Part shown: positions 36,498-46,431 of the stretch, one piece after another | How positions within the stretch are numbered: the stretch's first letter is position 1 | How the letters are laid out: each line of letters begins with the position of its first letter | Origin: a virus | Lineage: Duplodnaviria; Caudoviricetes | Length of the DNA stretch: 64,000 bases | Reading direction: 5' to 3' (one strand) | Virus record (IMG/VR): IMGVR_UViG_3300020577_009596 | Span: 37,557-101,556 of that record | Translations under genes and position numbers: made by a program | Notes under the pieces: model-generated | The model's input: only the letters and a program-made list of their open reading frames with translations | Database searches by the model: none | What the model was told of the DNA's origin: nothing

Positions 36498-37687
36498 CGG
36501 TGCCCCTCCAGCCACGCCCGGTACTCCGGCTCGATCCGGTCCCACTCCGCCTGCCGGTACAGGTCCGTGCCGCCGCCCCCGTCCCCGAACAGGACCCCGC
36601 TCCGCTCGACCGGGAACGCCGAGCCGGGCCAGGCCTCATTCCCCCACCACTTGCGGGCGACCGGCCGCCTCTCGAGGGCCTCCCGCATCGTCCCGACGGA
36701 GGACCAGAAGAACGACCCGGAGTAGTGCCACTCGCTCCGGGAGTCGAAGCACCGGCCGACCTTGCGGAACGCCCCGACGACGTCGTGGCGGGCGAGACCC
36801 TCGGCGACGAGGCGGGGGTGGTCGAGGTTGACCGAGTACATCCGCTCCGTCCACAGCCGGGTCGTCGGCTCGTCCCGCGTGACCCCCTTGGCGTGGGCGT
36901 AGAAGACCCGGTCGGAGTCCGAGCAGGGTCCCCCGAGCAGGCCGTCCCACAGGGGTCCCCACGAGGCAACCTCCCGCAGCTCCGGGTCGTTCGGGACCGG
37001 CAGGACCTCGGCGTCGGGGGGAAGGTTCCGCCGGACCAGGTCGAGGTCGACGAGCGTGAACTCGGTCCTGCGTCCGCCCTGCCTCTTGCCCCGGACGAAC
37101 CTCTCGCCGCCCCCCGTCATGACCGCGAACAGCTTGCGACCGGTGAACAGCCTCGACCTCGCGGCCAGCTCCGAGAGGTTGCGGAGCCACACGTCGTTCT
37201 CGGCGACCGGCAGTAGGTGGTAGAGCAGATGGACGGTCCCGAGATCCGCGGAGCACCCCTCGCACCGGACCGGGGAGGCGGAGGGGCGGAACCCCCGGAC
37301 GACCTCGACCGTCCTCGCGGTCCGCCGGACGTTCGCCGGGTTGTCCGGGCAAGACCGGCAGCACCGCTCCGCCCCCTCTCCGGGCTCCTCGAGCGTCGTC
37401 AGGCAGTCGTACTTGGCGCAGCGGAAGGCGTCCACCCCGAGGGTCTTGGCCCGCTTCCGGCACGGCAGGCAGCCGACCTTCCGCCTCGCCCCCGGCTCGA
37501 GGTACGGGCACTCGTCCGGGTTGGGGGTCGCGGCCTGGGAAGGGGGCGGGGCCGGTCGCTCCCCCTTGAGGATGCGGAGGTACGCCTCGCGCTTCCACTC
37601 CGGCAGCCCCGACTTGCGGTCGTAGACGGCGAGGGCGCGTCCGCTGAGGACCCGGCCCACCTCCTCGACGAATCGTCCCTCGCTCAT
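36494..37687 (-). CDS. Cys-rich N-domain plus putative glycosyltransferase-like domain
   Basis: HLLYHL...NDPELREV...FYAHAKGVT...WHYSGSFFW; function inferred. Confidence 0.5.
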   Translation of the reverse strand: MSEGRFVEEVGRVLSGRALAVYDRKSGLPEWKREAYLRILKGERPAPPPSQAATPNPDECPYLEPGARRKVGCLPCRKRAKTLGVDAFRCAKYDCLTTLEEPGEGAERCCRSCPDNPANVRRTARTVEVVRGFRPSASPVRCEGCSADLGTVHLLYHLLPVAENDVWLRNLSELAARSRLFTGRKLFAVMTGGGERFVRGKRQGGRRTEFTLVDLDLVRRNLPPDAEVLPVPNDPELREVASWGPLWDGLLGGPCSDSDRVFYAHAKGVTRDEPTTRLWTERMYSVNLDHPRLVAEGLARHDVVGAFRKVGRCFDSRSEWHYSGSFFWSSVGTMREALERRPVARKWWGNEAWPGSAFPVERSGVLFGDGGGGTDLYRQAEWDRIEPEYRAWLEGHR

Positions 37688-40600
37688 TCCATCACCCGGA
37701 CCTTGTAGCTGATGGTGTCGCCGATCATGCCCACGTTGCCGCCGCCGCCGACGGGACACGCGCTGAACGGCACGTTCTCGCTCGGCCCGGTGTTCATGTA
37801 GAGGAACGACTCCTCGTTGAAGATCGGCGTACAGGTGCAGTCGAGTTGCGTGCCGTTGGTGCCGATCGCGCCGCCGTTCGACCCGAACCCCTCGCAGCCG
37901 GGCAGACCCCCGGCGTCGCAGTTGAAGCGGTTGCACAGCCCCGTGTCGTCGTCCTGCCACCCCGTCGTCGGCGTCCAGACTCCAGCGACCTTGGACATGG
38001 CGATCGGGGTGTTCGCTGGGTAGGGGAAGACGGCGAGGCCCGACTCGACGATGTCGTAGAACTCCATGTACAGGACGTCGGGCCAGACCTTGACGCACTC
38101 CGGGCACTCGCCGTTGACCTTGAGCGGGCCGAGGGCGACCGTGGCCGGACCGTCCCCGCTCTCCTTGGTGAGGTCGCCGCCCTCGCAGCAGTTCCAGTCG
38201 GTCGCCGTGTAGACCGACGTGCCGTGAGTCAGGGTCGCCTTGACCACGATGGCAGGACCGACCAGCTCCGTCGTCAGCACCAGCTCGGACGTATACTCGT
38301 CGCACGCCGCACGCCAGATGCAGTTCTCACCCAAGACCGGGGCGTAGGACCAGTACCCGTTGTAGTTGTCGTCGGGGAAGGAGAAGAAGTCGCCGTAGAA
38401 GCCGAGCGGGGTCTGCCCCTCGCAGCAGACGAGGCAGGCGTCACAGGTGCAGCTCGTCGTCGGGCACGTCCCGCAGGTGATGCGGATCAGGAACGAGTTG
38501 TCGCAGCCCGCGGGCGTGCCTTCGCACGGGTCGGTCCCCCACCCGCTGAAGACCGCGAACTTGCGGCCGAGGACGTCCGTCCCGCAGCACTCCAGCTTGA
38601 GGTTCTTCGTGAAGACCGACCCCGAGCCGGACCCCCCGCCGCAGCCGACGTGGTAGCGGTACATCTGGAGCGTGGCGTCGTAGTCCTCGCTGCCGGTCGT
38701 CACGTTGAAGATCATGCCGCCGCAGCCGCAGCAGCTTGTCCCCATCTCGATCCCGCGCCACCCGGCCGGTGCCCCCTCGTGATAGACCATCACGGTCTCG
38801 GACTTGACTGGGAAGCAGTTGCACATGCCGTCGGAGCCGCCGCCCAGCTGCTCGAACAGCAGGCAGGTCTCGTGCGGGAGGTTGGCCAGCCACGAGCACT
38901 GCCCGCAGTCGCTGGGACTGATCGTCTTCGGGACGAACAGCCACCGCCCCGACCGGTCCGGGTCCGGGAAGGCGTCGACGAGGTCGCCTGCCTCCGGGAA
39001 CCCGTCGCGGCCGTCGTACCCCTTCTCGGTCGGGTAGAGCACCCACGGGGCGGCACTCACGTCCCCGAGCCAGGTCGTCGAGGTGACGACGTTCCCGGCG
39101 ACCTCGTGCATGAGCTTCGCGCCCCACGCCGTGCCGCCGTCGATGCCCGACCCCGACTGGATCAGCCGGACGATGCCGGCGAACGCGGACGAGCCGGGGA
39201 CGAACGCCCACCGGTCGGGAAGGAGCGGGTCGGGCACCGCCGTCCCGTAGGCCCCCGCCGTCAGCCCCGCGCGGCCGTACAGGACGTACTCGTCCTCGCT
39301 CCAGCCGAGCTGGGGGCCGTCGACCAGCTCCCCCGAGGCGAGGTCGGCGACCTGGATCGTGGCCTTCCACCGGTCCTCGTACTCGTGCTTTGAGTCCAGC
39401 TCGACTGCGTAGGTGTAGCCGGGAGGGGGGCGGTCGCCGTAGAGGTTGCGGTCGTGCCAGTCGAGCGGGACGACGCGGGTGAGGATCCGGTCCGCCGGGA
39501 GGATCGGGTCGACGGGGTCCCTCGCGTCCTCCGGCCGGATCGCGGGCCGACGGCCGGGCACCCACTCCCACTCGATGCGGTCCTCGAGGCCGGTCGGCTC
39601 CGCGGGCTGGACGCCCCGGTACGTCGCGTCGACGAGGCTCAGCCACCAGAGGTAGTAGTCCGTGGCGACCTGGGTGGCGACGCTCGCCGGAGCCGGGGTC
39701 GTCTGCCCCGCTCGCTGGTCGACCCCGACGAACGCCTTGGCCCCCGCGTTGCCGACGTACGAGCCGAACTCGGGGAGGGCGAGGGAGGCGAGGGTATTGC
39801 TGGTCGCGGTCGGGACGTCACCCCAGAACGTCACGCTGACGGCCTCGGGCAGGTTCCCGCTCGTCGAGGGCAGGTTCGCGAGGCCGCCGAGGACGAGGTC
39901 TCCGTTCCCGTAGAACCCGAGGTGCTGGGAGACCGAGACCTGGTAGGCGGCGCGGGGTCCGATCGCGCGGGCCGTGTCGTCCCCGTAGTACGCGAGGCGG
40001 AGGCCGCAGGAGGCGACCGCGGCGTCCATGACGAGGGGGAGGGGGCGGTTGCGGACCGTCCAGCGGAGCGGCTGGGGGTCGCCGTAGGCCGCAGCGACCG
40101 GGTCGACCGTCAGCCCGACCCCGCCCATCGCGGAGTACACGCTCTCGAGCAGCGTCTCCCACGAGTCGCCCGGCTCGAACGTGTAGGACAGGGGCCGCAG
40201 CCACCAGTAGTACCGGCGGTCGACGAGCGTGACGAGGTAGAGGCGGCGGCTGTAGTCGGGCGTCGTCTGGGTCAGCTCGCTCGTCCACTGGCCGCCGACC
40301 GAGCCCGCGGTACCCGGCACGACGTCGAGAGCCCACCCGCCCGGCACGACCGAGACGATCTCGTACGTCCCCGGAGTGAACGGCGGGTTCGGCCCCGAGA
40401 TCGTGATCGTCTTGCCGCGGTCCGACTCCTGGGGGGCGTAGCCGCCGTCGGGGTAGACGATCAGGGGGTCGTCGAGGTCGATCCGGAGGTTCGTCCCCTG
40501 GACCTGCGTGCGTGCGGACAGCGTCGACCCGACCATCAGCGGCCGGGCGTCGAGCATGCACATCTCGAACTCGCGGGTCCCGGTCCGGCTCACCCGCTGG

Positions 40601-40962
40601 CCGTTCGCGATCCCGACTAACGTCTCGGTCAGCTTGAGCCTGCCGAACGCGGCCGGGTTCGTCCCCAGAGCGGTCCACACCGCCTGGACCTGAGTCCCGT
40701 TCATGAGGGCGTACATGCACCCCCACCGGCTGGCCCCGGTCGGCCAGTAGAGGGTGTTGAGCCGGGCGCGGAGGGCACCGTTCGGCCGGTCGGGGACCGG
40801 CAGGTGGTGGAGACGCTCGGTGGAGTAGCCGGGGTGACGCCACAGCTCCGGCGCGTTCTCGTCCCACCACCGGTCGAGCTTGATCATCAGCTCGGGGTCG
40901 GGCTGGGTGAACGCGACGTCGGCGAACGTCATCCTCCCGGAGGGCATCGCGAGGGGCGGCAA
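37684..40962 (-). CDS. large minor tail/baseplate protein with Cys-rich C-terminal third
   Basis: 1092 aa in the tail module; many CC and CxC pairs after ~aa 680; start TTG 40962 or ATG 40947. Confidence 0.65.
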   Translation of the reverse strand: MPPLAMPSGRMTFADVAFTQPDPELMIKLDRWWDENAPELWRHPGYSTERLHHLPVPDRPNGALRARLNTLYWPTGASRWGCMYALMNGTQVQAVWTALGTNPAAFGRLKLTETLVGIANGQRVSRTGTREFEMCMLDARPLMVGSTLSARTQVQGTNLRIDLDDPLIVYPDGGYAPQESDRGKTITISGPNPPFTPGTYEIVSVVPGGWALDVVPGTAGSVGGQWTSELTQTTPDYSRRLYLVTLVDRRYYWWLRPLSYTFEPGDSWETLLESVYSAMGGVGLTVDPVAAAYGDPQPLRWTVRNRPLPLVMDAAVASCGLRLAYYGDDTARAIGPRAAYQVSVSQHLGFYGNGDLVLGGLANLPSTSGNLPEAVSVTFWGDVPTATSNTLASLALPEFGSYVGNAGAKAFVGVDQRAGQTTPAPASVATQVATDYYLWWLSLVDATYRGVQPAEPTGLEDRIEWEWVPGRRPAIRPEDARDPVDPILPADRILTRVVPLDWHDRNLYGDRPPPGYTYAVELDSKHEYEDRWKATIQVADLASGELVDGPQLGWSEDEYVLYGRAGLTAGAYGTAVPDPLLPDRWAFVPGSSAFAGIVRLIQSGSGIDGGTAWGAKLMHEVAGNVVTSTTWLGDVSAAPWVLYPTEKGYDGRDGFPEAGDLVDAFPDPDRSGRWLFVPKTISPSDCGQCSWLANLPHETCLLFEQLGGGSDGMCNCFPVKSETVMVYHEGAPAGWRGIEMGTSCCGCGGMIFNVTTGSEDYDATLQMYRYHVGCGGGSGSGSVFTKNLKLECCGTDVLGRKFAVFSGWGTDPCEGTPAGCDNSFLIRITCGTCPTTSCTCDACLVCCEGQTPLGFYGDFFSFPDDNYNGYWSYAPVLGENCIWRAACDEYTSELVLTTELVGPAIVVKATLTHGTSVYTATDWNCCEGGDLTKESGDGPATVALGPLKVNGECPECVKVWPDVLYMEFYDIVESGLAVFPYPANTPIAMSKVAGVWTPTTGWQDDDTGLCNRFNCDAGGLPGCEGFGSNGGAIGTNGTQLDCTCTPIFNEESFLYMNTGPSENVPFSACPVGGGGNVGMIGDTISYKVRVME

Positions 40963-40965
40963 GGC

Positions 40966-41184
40966 TCAGCTCCCCTCTTCGGGGGACTCGATCTGGGTCT
41001 TACAGCCGGGGCAGAAGTGCCTCTCGACCGACCCCGCCCGGCCGGACCGGGGAGGCTGGACGAGCCAGCCACGGCTCGTGAGCTGGTCGGTGAGGGTCTC
41101 GACGCTCGACGCGGGGGACAGAGTGCAGGTCGACCTGCAGCCTGCGGCGTCGCAGACGAAGACCGGAGTGTCTCGGCGGGCCAC
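40966..41184 (-). CDS. small zinc-binding protein
   Basis: CDAAGC...GW...HFCPGC. Confidence 0.55.
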   Translation of the reverse strand: MARRDTPVFVCDAAGCRSTCTLSPASSVETLTDQLTSRGWLVQPPRSGRAGSVERHFCPGCKTQIESPEEGS

Positions 41185-41250
41185 GGTCGGACTCCCGTAG
41201 ACCCCGGCTGGAGTGGGCCGCCCGTCGGCGACTAGGGACTATCTTACCGG

Positions 41251-42684
41251 TCAGGTCGCTCCCATGAGCAGGAGACGAGACCGGCCTCCTCCGGCCGCCG
41301 TCACCGTCAACGTCGTCCCCGCGACATACCCGCTCCACCCGCCCGCGTTTTGGGCGCGTACCCGCGTTGCGATGGTGCCGGGGCCGCCGAGTTGCGTCCC
41401 GGTCTTCGCCGGTGTGCCGCCTGCGGACGTATCGATGACGGAGTACGCCCCCCCGTCCACGCTCACCGAAGTCTCGTAGCTTGTGGGGCTACCCGTCCAA
41501 GTGCCCGGAGCAAAGGTGAACGTGTCGCTCACGGTGCCGCTTGATGGCGTGCAGGACGGGGCGACGGAGTTGGTTGGGGCTGGGTTGTCGTATGCGACCA
41601 TCAAAAACGCCGAGCCCATCTTCGTCCGATTTGCGCTCGTAGCAAATTGCTCGACAAGACCGACTTCGACACCATCAATCCCGCTGGCAGTCCACGCCAC
41701 TCCTGTATTCGGGTCCGTCTCCATCATTCGCGATGAATATGCAACAGCAGTGGATGAAGACGCGGCGGCCGAGTCGCTATTGGTCGATCCTGAACGAACA
41801 CGAACAAGTACCGACCCGTTCAATGAGCCGTTTCTTGTAAAGATGATAAACGGCGATACTGCCAAGATCGTGCCGCCGATGTACTTGGTTGACGCGGGTT
41901 GAAGTGCCTCAGTCTCGGCGTTTCCAATGACATTTGGCGAAACCAAGTAACTTGTCGTGAAAGACACATCGGGAGGAACTTGCCCTACGATTTGATAGTG
42001 ACTGCCTGAACCAGCACCGACTGTGAAAGTTTGGTACGTTCCGTCTGCGTCTGGAATCAGCCTAGCAACCTGAACGGCAGGGACGTAATCGGAATCGCTC
42101 ACAATGCAATCGTCGAAATAAAAATCGACGGAATTGCCGTTTCGGTTTGTGGACTTCCCAAGCCGGATGCAATTGGTGGCACTGACGGTAAGAGTCGCAG
42201 TTGTGCTCCCGTCCACGGCATCGTTTACTTTCCACTCGACTGCTGCTCCCGCACCAGTTCCACACTTGATCTGGATTTTGTACCACGTCGCCAAAGACAA
42301 TACTGTCGTTCCTGTGGCAATCAAAGTAGTGCCGCTATAAGCAGAAATCACGCCGGTCGAGTCAATGCGCAACTCCATCTTTGCGACTGCGCCGCCAGTC
42401 GCGCGGATAGCAGTGAACTCTTCATTTCCACTGGCCGGAAGAGTTAAAACGTAGAAGTAAAACGTGAAATATGAAATCGCTCCAAGATCGACCGTAGTCG
42501 CTAAAACAGCCCCGTTGGAGCCAAAAACGGTGTAGTATCCCGTTCCTGTTGTTGTGGGGTTGGATCGGACTGCATAAGTGGACCACGCCCCTCGCGTCGG
42601 CGTCGTCACCAGCGATGCCGTCCCTGTAAGAATGGTGGATGTCGTCACTCCACCTTCAAATCCATCAAACGCCTTGATCGCCAT
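41251..42684 (-). CDS. tail fibre/adhesin-like protein (lectin-like + Ig-like)
   Basis: Thr/Ser/Gly-rich; WYKIQI...YFDD lectin-like domain; APTNSVAP Ig-like start; lower GC than flanks. Confidence 0.65.
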   Translation of the reverse strand: MAIKAFDGFEGGVTTSTILTGTASLVTTPTRGAWSTYAVRSNPTTTGTGYYTVFGSNGAVLATTVDLGAISYFTFYFYVLTLPASGNEEFTAIRATGGAVAKMELRIDSTGVISAYSGTTLIATGTTVLSLATWYKIQIKCGTGAGAAVEWKVNDAVDGSTTATLTVSATNCIRLGKSTNRNGNSVDFYFDDCIVSDSDYVPAVQVARLIPDADGTYQTFTVGAGSGSHYQIVGQVPPDVSFTTSYLVSPNVIGNAETEALQPASTKYIGGTILAVSPFIIFTRNGSLNGSVLVRVRSGSTNSDSAAASSSTAVAYSSRMMETDPNTGVAWTASGIDGVEVGLVEQFATSANRTKMGSAFLMVAYDNPAPTNSVAPSCTPSSGTVSDTFTFAPGTWTGSPTSYETSVSVDGGAYSVIDTSAGGTPAKTGTQLGGPGTIATRVRAQNAGGWSGYVAGTTLTVTAAGGGRSRLLLMGAT

Positions 42685-42685
42685 A

Positions 42686-43504
42686 TCAGATCACCAGCCC
42701 CGTGATGTCGCCGTAAGTCGGGCCACCGTAGTTCACCGTGTCCGAGCCCTGCCCCGTCTGCACGTTTCCTGTCAGTGTCACGCCAGCCAGCACCGTGAGC
42801 AGATCATCACCAGCCCCGAGGTCGATGTTGCCCTTTACATTCGCGTTCACCTGCACGTCATCCACGCCGCCATAGGTGTAGAGCGCGAACTGCTTGCACG
42901 GCGCGCCGTCGATGATGAATGTTTCCGGGAGGCTTGACGTGTTCGATCCGCTGATCCGGAGGTTGCTCAGAGTGCCGGTGAGGTTGATGGCGTAAGGAGA
43001 AAGGCCGGTGATGCCGCTGGAAGTGACGTGGACAGGATCAGGCCGACTCTGCCCGGTGTAATCGCTCGCCCATAGGTTCGTTGCCGAGCCCGCGTTCACC
43101 GTCACCGAGGCTTGGATCAGGCTCATGTCACCCGTTTGACTCGGAGCGTTCGAGCAGATGTAGACAGTGCTCGCCCCTGTCTGGCCGTTGATCGTCGTCG
43201 GGTCGTTGGTGGAGCGAAGATTAACGGTATTCGATCCGCCGCCGAGATTGAACGTAAGCCCGTCAACGCCCGTCTCCGGCCCGCTGATGGTGCTCGTGCC
43301 GCTGCCCTTGTATCCCGCTGCGATTGCGCCGCTTCCGAGGGCAATCGGCGTTAACGAATCGTTGAACGAGTACACACCCGCACCGACAGCCACCGTGAGA
43401 TTGTTCGCCTCAGTGCCGCTGTCCGTGAACGTCAGCACGCCACCCACCAAATCCAACGTCGCGGGCGTGAGCTTGTCTTCCAGTCGTTCGACACGTAGGC
43501 GCAT
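42686..43504 (-). CDS. beta-helix/RTX-like protein with planctomycete extracellular N-terminal motif
   Basis: MRLRVERLEDKLTPA; GGVDDV, GAGDDLL, GQGSDTV repeats. Confidence 0.7.
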   Translation of the reverse strand: MRLRVERLEDKLTPATLDLVGGVLTFTDSGTEANNLTVAVGAGVYSFNDSLTPIALGSGAIAAGYKGSGTSTISGPETGVDGLTFNLGGGSNTVNLRSTNDPTTINGQTGASTVYICSNAPSQTGDMSLIQASVTVNAGSATNLWASDYTGQSRPDPVHVTSSGITGLSPYAINLTGTLSNLRISGSNTSSLPETFIIDGAPCKQFALYTYGGVDDVQVNANVKGNIDLGAGDDLLTVLAGVTLTGNVQTGQGSDTVNYGGPTYGDITGLVI

Positions 43505-43517
43505 GGGATGCTCCTGT

Positions 43518-44063
43518 CTAGCTCGGGTAGGGGACGCCGAGGTCTGAGACGAACGGCAGCTCGAAGTGCATCGGGCAGACCGTCCACCGGCTCTCGTCCT
43601 TGCCGTTCTTGCTCTCGACGCGGAAGCCGGGGTCGAGCCGCATCGGCCGGTTGAGCATGCTCAGTCCGGAGTCCGGGTCGGTCGGGCCGTCCCACGTCTG
43701 GAGGCAGGCTGCGATCTGCCGGAGGAACCGGTAGACGCCCGCCGCCTCGTCCTGCATGTTCACCGTCGACTTCTCCTCGGGGTCGGCCTCGAGCCGGACG
43801 AACGCCGTGACCACGAGTCGGGAGTCGAACTGCGTGTTGATGCTCCCGCCGCCGTCGACGTACCGGTTGTCGACCGGGAACTCGTTGATCCGCAGCGTCA
43901 CGAACCGGTCCGCCACCGGGAACTGGAGGTGGGCCTGGTCCGAGAACAGGGACTGGAAGACCCGGTCCTTCTGGAGGCTCTTCACGCTGCCGACGATCCG
44001 GTCCACCACCTTCGGGAGGATCTTGTCTGGCCAGGTGTGGGCTCCCATCCCCGCGATCGGCAT
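43518..44063 (-). CDS. putative tail completion/terminator-like protein
   Basis: size and position in the morphogenesis module. Confidence 0.45.
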   Translation of the reverse strand: MPIAGMGAHTWPDKILPKVVDRIVGSVKSLQKDRVFQSLFSDQAHLQFPVADRFVTLRINEFPVDNRYVDGGGSINTQFDSRLVVTAFVRLEADPEEKSTVNMQDEAAGVYRFLRQIAACLQTWDGPTDPDSGLSMLNRPMRLDPGFRVESKNGKDESRWTVCPMHFELPFVSDLGVPYPS

Positions 44064-44066
44064 AAG

Positions 44067-44378
44067 TCACCCCGCCACGACTGAGAGGGTCGCCTTGCGG
44101 CTGATGATCGTCGCGTCCGGGTCGCTCAGCGTGATCGAGAACGTCACCGTGTAGTCGACTTCGACGGTCCCCCCGGCGAACAGGGCCGAGACCTGGTAGC
44201 TGTAGTCGAGCTGGACGCCCGAGATCGTCAGTCCCGACGGCGAGGCCGAGACGGTCGGGGTCCCGACGATCGTGTAGCCGTCGATCAGCTGCTGGATGTT
44301 GCCGAAGTCCATGGAGAACCGCTGACGGCTCCCGGCCGACTTCGTCGCCGTCCCGCTGACCAGTGCAAGCTCCGCCAT
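44067..44378 (-). CDS. fibre-tail adaptor-like structural protein
   Basis: K......FSMDF...GGT....YTVT pattern. Confidence 0.55.
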   Translation of the reverse strand: MAELALVSGTATKSAGSRQRFSMDFGNIQQLIDGYTIVGTPTVSASPSGLTISGVQLDYSYQVSALFAGGTVEVDYTVTFSITLSDPDATIISRKATLSVVAG

Positions 44379-44480
44379 GAGTCACCTCAGTTCGAGACCG
44401 TCCACGAGGTCACCCCGACCTCCGCAACCCAGGTCGCCATGACGAGACCCTCCTACGGTATCTATCTTACGTCCCCGTCG

Positions 44481-45248
44481 TCAAGTCGCTCCAAGCAGTG
44501 TCAGTCGCGAGCGACCCCCTCCAGTCGAGTTGACGACGACGTCCGCCGACTGACCAGCGAGCGTGAACGTCCCGGCAGAGGCGTCTACATCGCGAGTGAC
44601 GGGGATGTCCGTCGTCTGTCCGGACTCGATGAACGCTCCGGCGGATGCGTCGATGTTCCGGGCCGCGAGGATGTCGGCGGACTGACCAGCCTCAGAGAAC
44701 GCCCCCGCTGTGGCGTCGATGGTGTAAACTGTGCCACTGGTATAAGTCAACGTGACGCGGCAAGCGTCGATTTCGAGGGTGTCATTTCCACTCGGGTTGT
44801 CGAATTGCACCCGCACGCCGAACGTACTGGTCAACTGCGAGCCGGTCAGCGTCGTTCCCAAGCTGGCGATCGACACCGACCCGCCCGCCGCCGACACATA
44901 CGACTCGGAAGTTCCGAATGCCGAACTTGCCACTCCTACCGAGTTTCCGACCACCGTACCGCCGACGATCAATTGAATGTTTGCGATCCGTGAACCACCT
45001 GTACCAGTTCTCTTTCCCGCGACCTCGACGAGTATCGCCGTGACGGAATCGCCCGATCCGACCCCCGTGAACGTGCCGAGCGTCGTGTAGTCAAGAAAGT
45101 TGGAGAGCGCAGTGTCGAACGACGCATCCAGCGTCACGCTCGCATAGACCTGATCGAACGTGATCGCGTTGGCGACGTTCGAGAACGGGTTCCACCCGTC
45201 GTCGAACTCCGCCACCGCGCCGGATTGGTTCGGTCCGCTCGTCGCCAC
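44481..45248 (-). CDS. virion structural/fibre-like protein
   Basis: Thr/Gly-rich; three DAxAGxFxxxGQ repeats; C-terminus GGGRSRLTLLGAT. Confidence 0.6.
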   Translation of the reverse strand: MATSGPNQSGAVAEFDDGWNPFSNVANAITFDQVYASVTLDASFDTALSNFLDYTTLGTFTGVGSGDSVTAILVEVAGKRTGTGGSRIANIQLIVGGTVVGNSVGVASSAFGTSESYVSAAGGSVSIASLGTTLTGSQLTSTFGVRVQFDNPSGNDTLEIDACRVTLTYTSGTVYTIDATAGAFSEAGQSADILAARNIDASAGAFIESGQTTDIPVTRDVDASAGTFTLAGQSADVVVNSTGGGRSRLTLLGAT

Positions 45249-45252
45249 AGGA

Positions 45253-45630
45253 TCACACCTCGACGAGAATCAACGGAGTGATCGTGGCCGTGTTGCTGTA
45301 GTTGCCGTTGCCGTCTGTCAGGCGGTAGGTGAACGGGTCCGGCGTGTTGCTCGAAGGCAGCGTCGAGCCCCCGGTGTACTGCCAGCCCTCGTTGTTCGAC
45401 GCGAACGACACGGAGCCGTACTGCGGCTGCGTCACCGGGACGGCGTACCACCCCGCAGGGATCGTGCAGAGGTTGAACAGGTCGTCGCCGAACGCCGCGC
45501 CGAACGGGATGCCCGTGTTAGCGATCACGTTGCAGTCCACATCGTTCGGCGGGTAATCGACAGCCAGCGGTTGCATAACGTTCTCCTGTGTGGTGATTTC
45601 GATGGTTGCTTCGTGACCGGTGATGTTCAT
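45253..45630 (-). CDS. Ig-like (Big_9/cadherin-like) structural protein
   Basis: VTQPQYGSV...WQYT...DPFTYRLTDG...SNTATITI-like; ATGA coupling. Confidence 0.65.
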   Translation of the reverse strand: MNITGHEATIEITTQENVMQPLAVDYPPNDVDCNVIANTGIPFGAAFGDDLFNLCTIPAGWYAVPVTQPQYGSVSFASNNEGWQYTGGSTLPSSNTPDPFTYRLTDGNGNYSNTATITPLILVEV

Positions 45631-46061
45631 GAGATTGTCAAGATACTTCCGCCGGTCGTGGAGCCGGATGGTTTGATCACAGCCGAGTCTCCGCTGTTGA
45701 GCGTGATGCTGGAGCCGTAGTCCCAATACCCGATCAACTCCTTGTTCGTCGCCGTGTCGTCGTACAGGACGACGTAGCGGAACGCGCCCATCGCCCCGCC
45801 GCTGGCCGTGAACGTTACGGCGTTACCGATCAACGTGGCCGTCCCGCCGGATTGAGAGTAGGCGGTACCGGCGACGGTGGCTCCTCCCGACGAGTAGCCA
45901 TTCGCTGCGGAGATCTGCGTGATGTCCGAGAGTTGGTTCGCTGTTGCCGCGTTCGGTGCCGTGTTTGACAACGCCAGCTTCAGCGTGTCGGCGTTCAAGT
46001 TGAACACCTTGCGCCCAAGGTTCTGGACGAACGACTGGAACTTGGAGAACGACACAGCCAT
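45627..46061 (-). CDS. conserved phage tail fibre-associated structural protein
   Basis: DTLKLALSN...NGYSSGG...FTASGG...FRYVVLY...LIGYWDYG. Confidence 0.7.
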   Translation of the reverse strand: MAVSFSKFQSFVQNLGRKVFNLNADTLKLALSNTAPNAATANQLSDITQISAANGYSSGGATVAGTAYSQSGGTATLIGNAVTFTASGGAMGAFRYVVLYDDTATNKELIGYWDYGSSITLNSGDSAVIKPSGSTTGGSILTIS

Positions 46062-46082
46062 GGTTCGGACCTCGGTTCGGAC

Positions 46083-46397
46083 TCATCTGAGGGCGTAGCG
46101 GATCGTCCCCTTGACGTTGACCGCCGCGCTGAGGCCGATCTTCAGGGCCTCACCGGGGGCGCACATCAGGTCGCTGTCGTTGCTGACCGGCATGACGATC
46201 CCCCCACCCGTCGTCGCGTCCATCGCGTTGGTCGGGGAGATCGTGGTCGTGTTGGACTTCAGGGTCACGTCCACCTGCCCCGCCGAGGTCAGGTCGTAAC
46301 CGAGGATGACGATGCGGCGGTCCACTCCCATCGCCTGGGACGGCGCGGCGACGAGGGTGGCACCGTCGGTCGAGGTGTCGACTACTGCTACAGGCAT
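46083..46397 (-). CDS. virion structural protein
   Basis: beta-rich, GEALKIGLSAAV. Confidence 0.6.
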   Translation of the reverse strand: MPVAVVDTSTDGATLVAAPSQAMGVDRRIVILGYDLTSAGQVDVTLKSNTTTISPTNAMDATTGGGIVMPVSNDSDLMCAPGEALKIGLSAAVNVKGTIRYALR

Positions 46398-46431
46398 GTG
46401 AGGAGCCTCCGTAGGGTCATTCTACCGTCTC

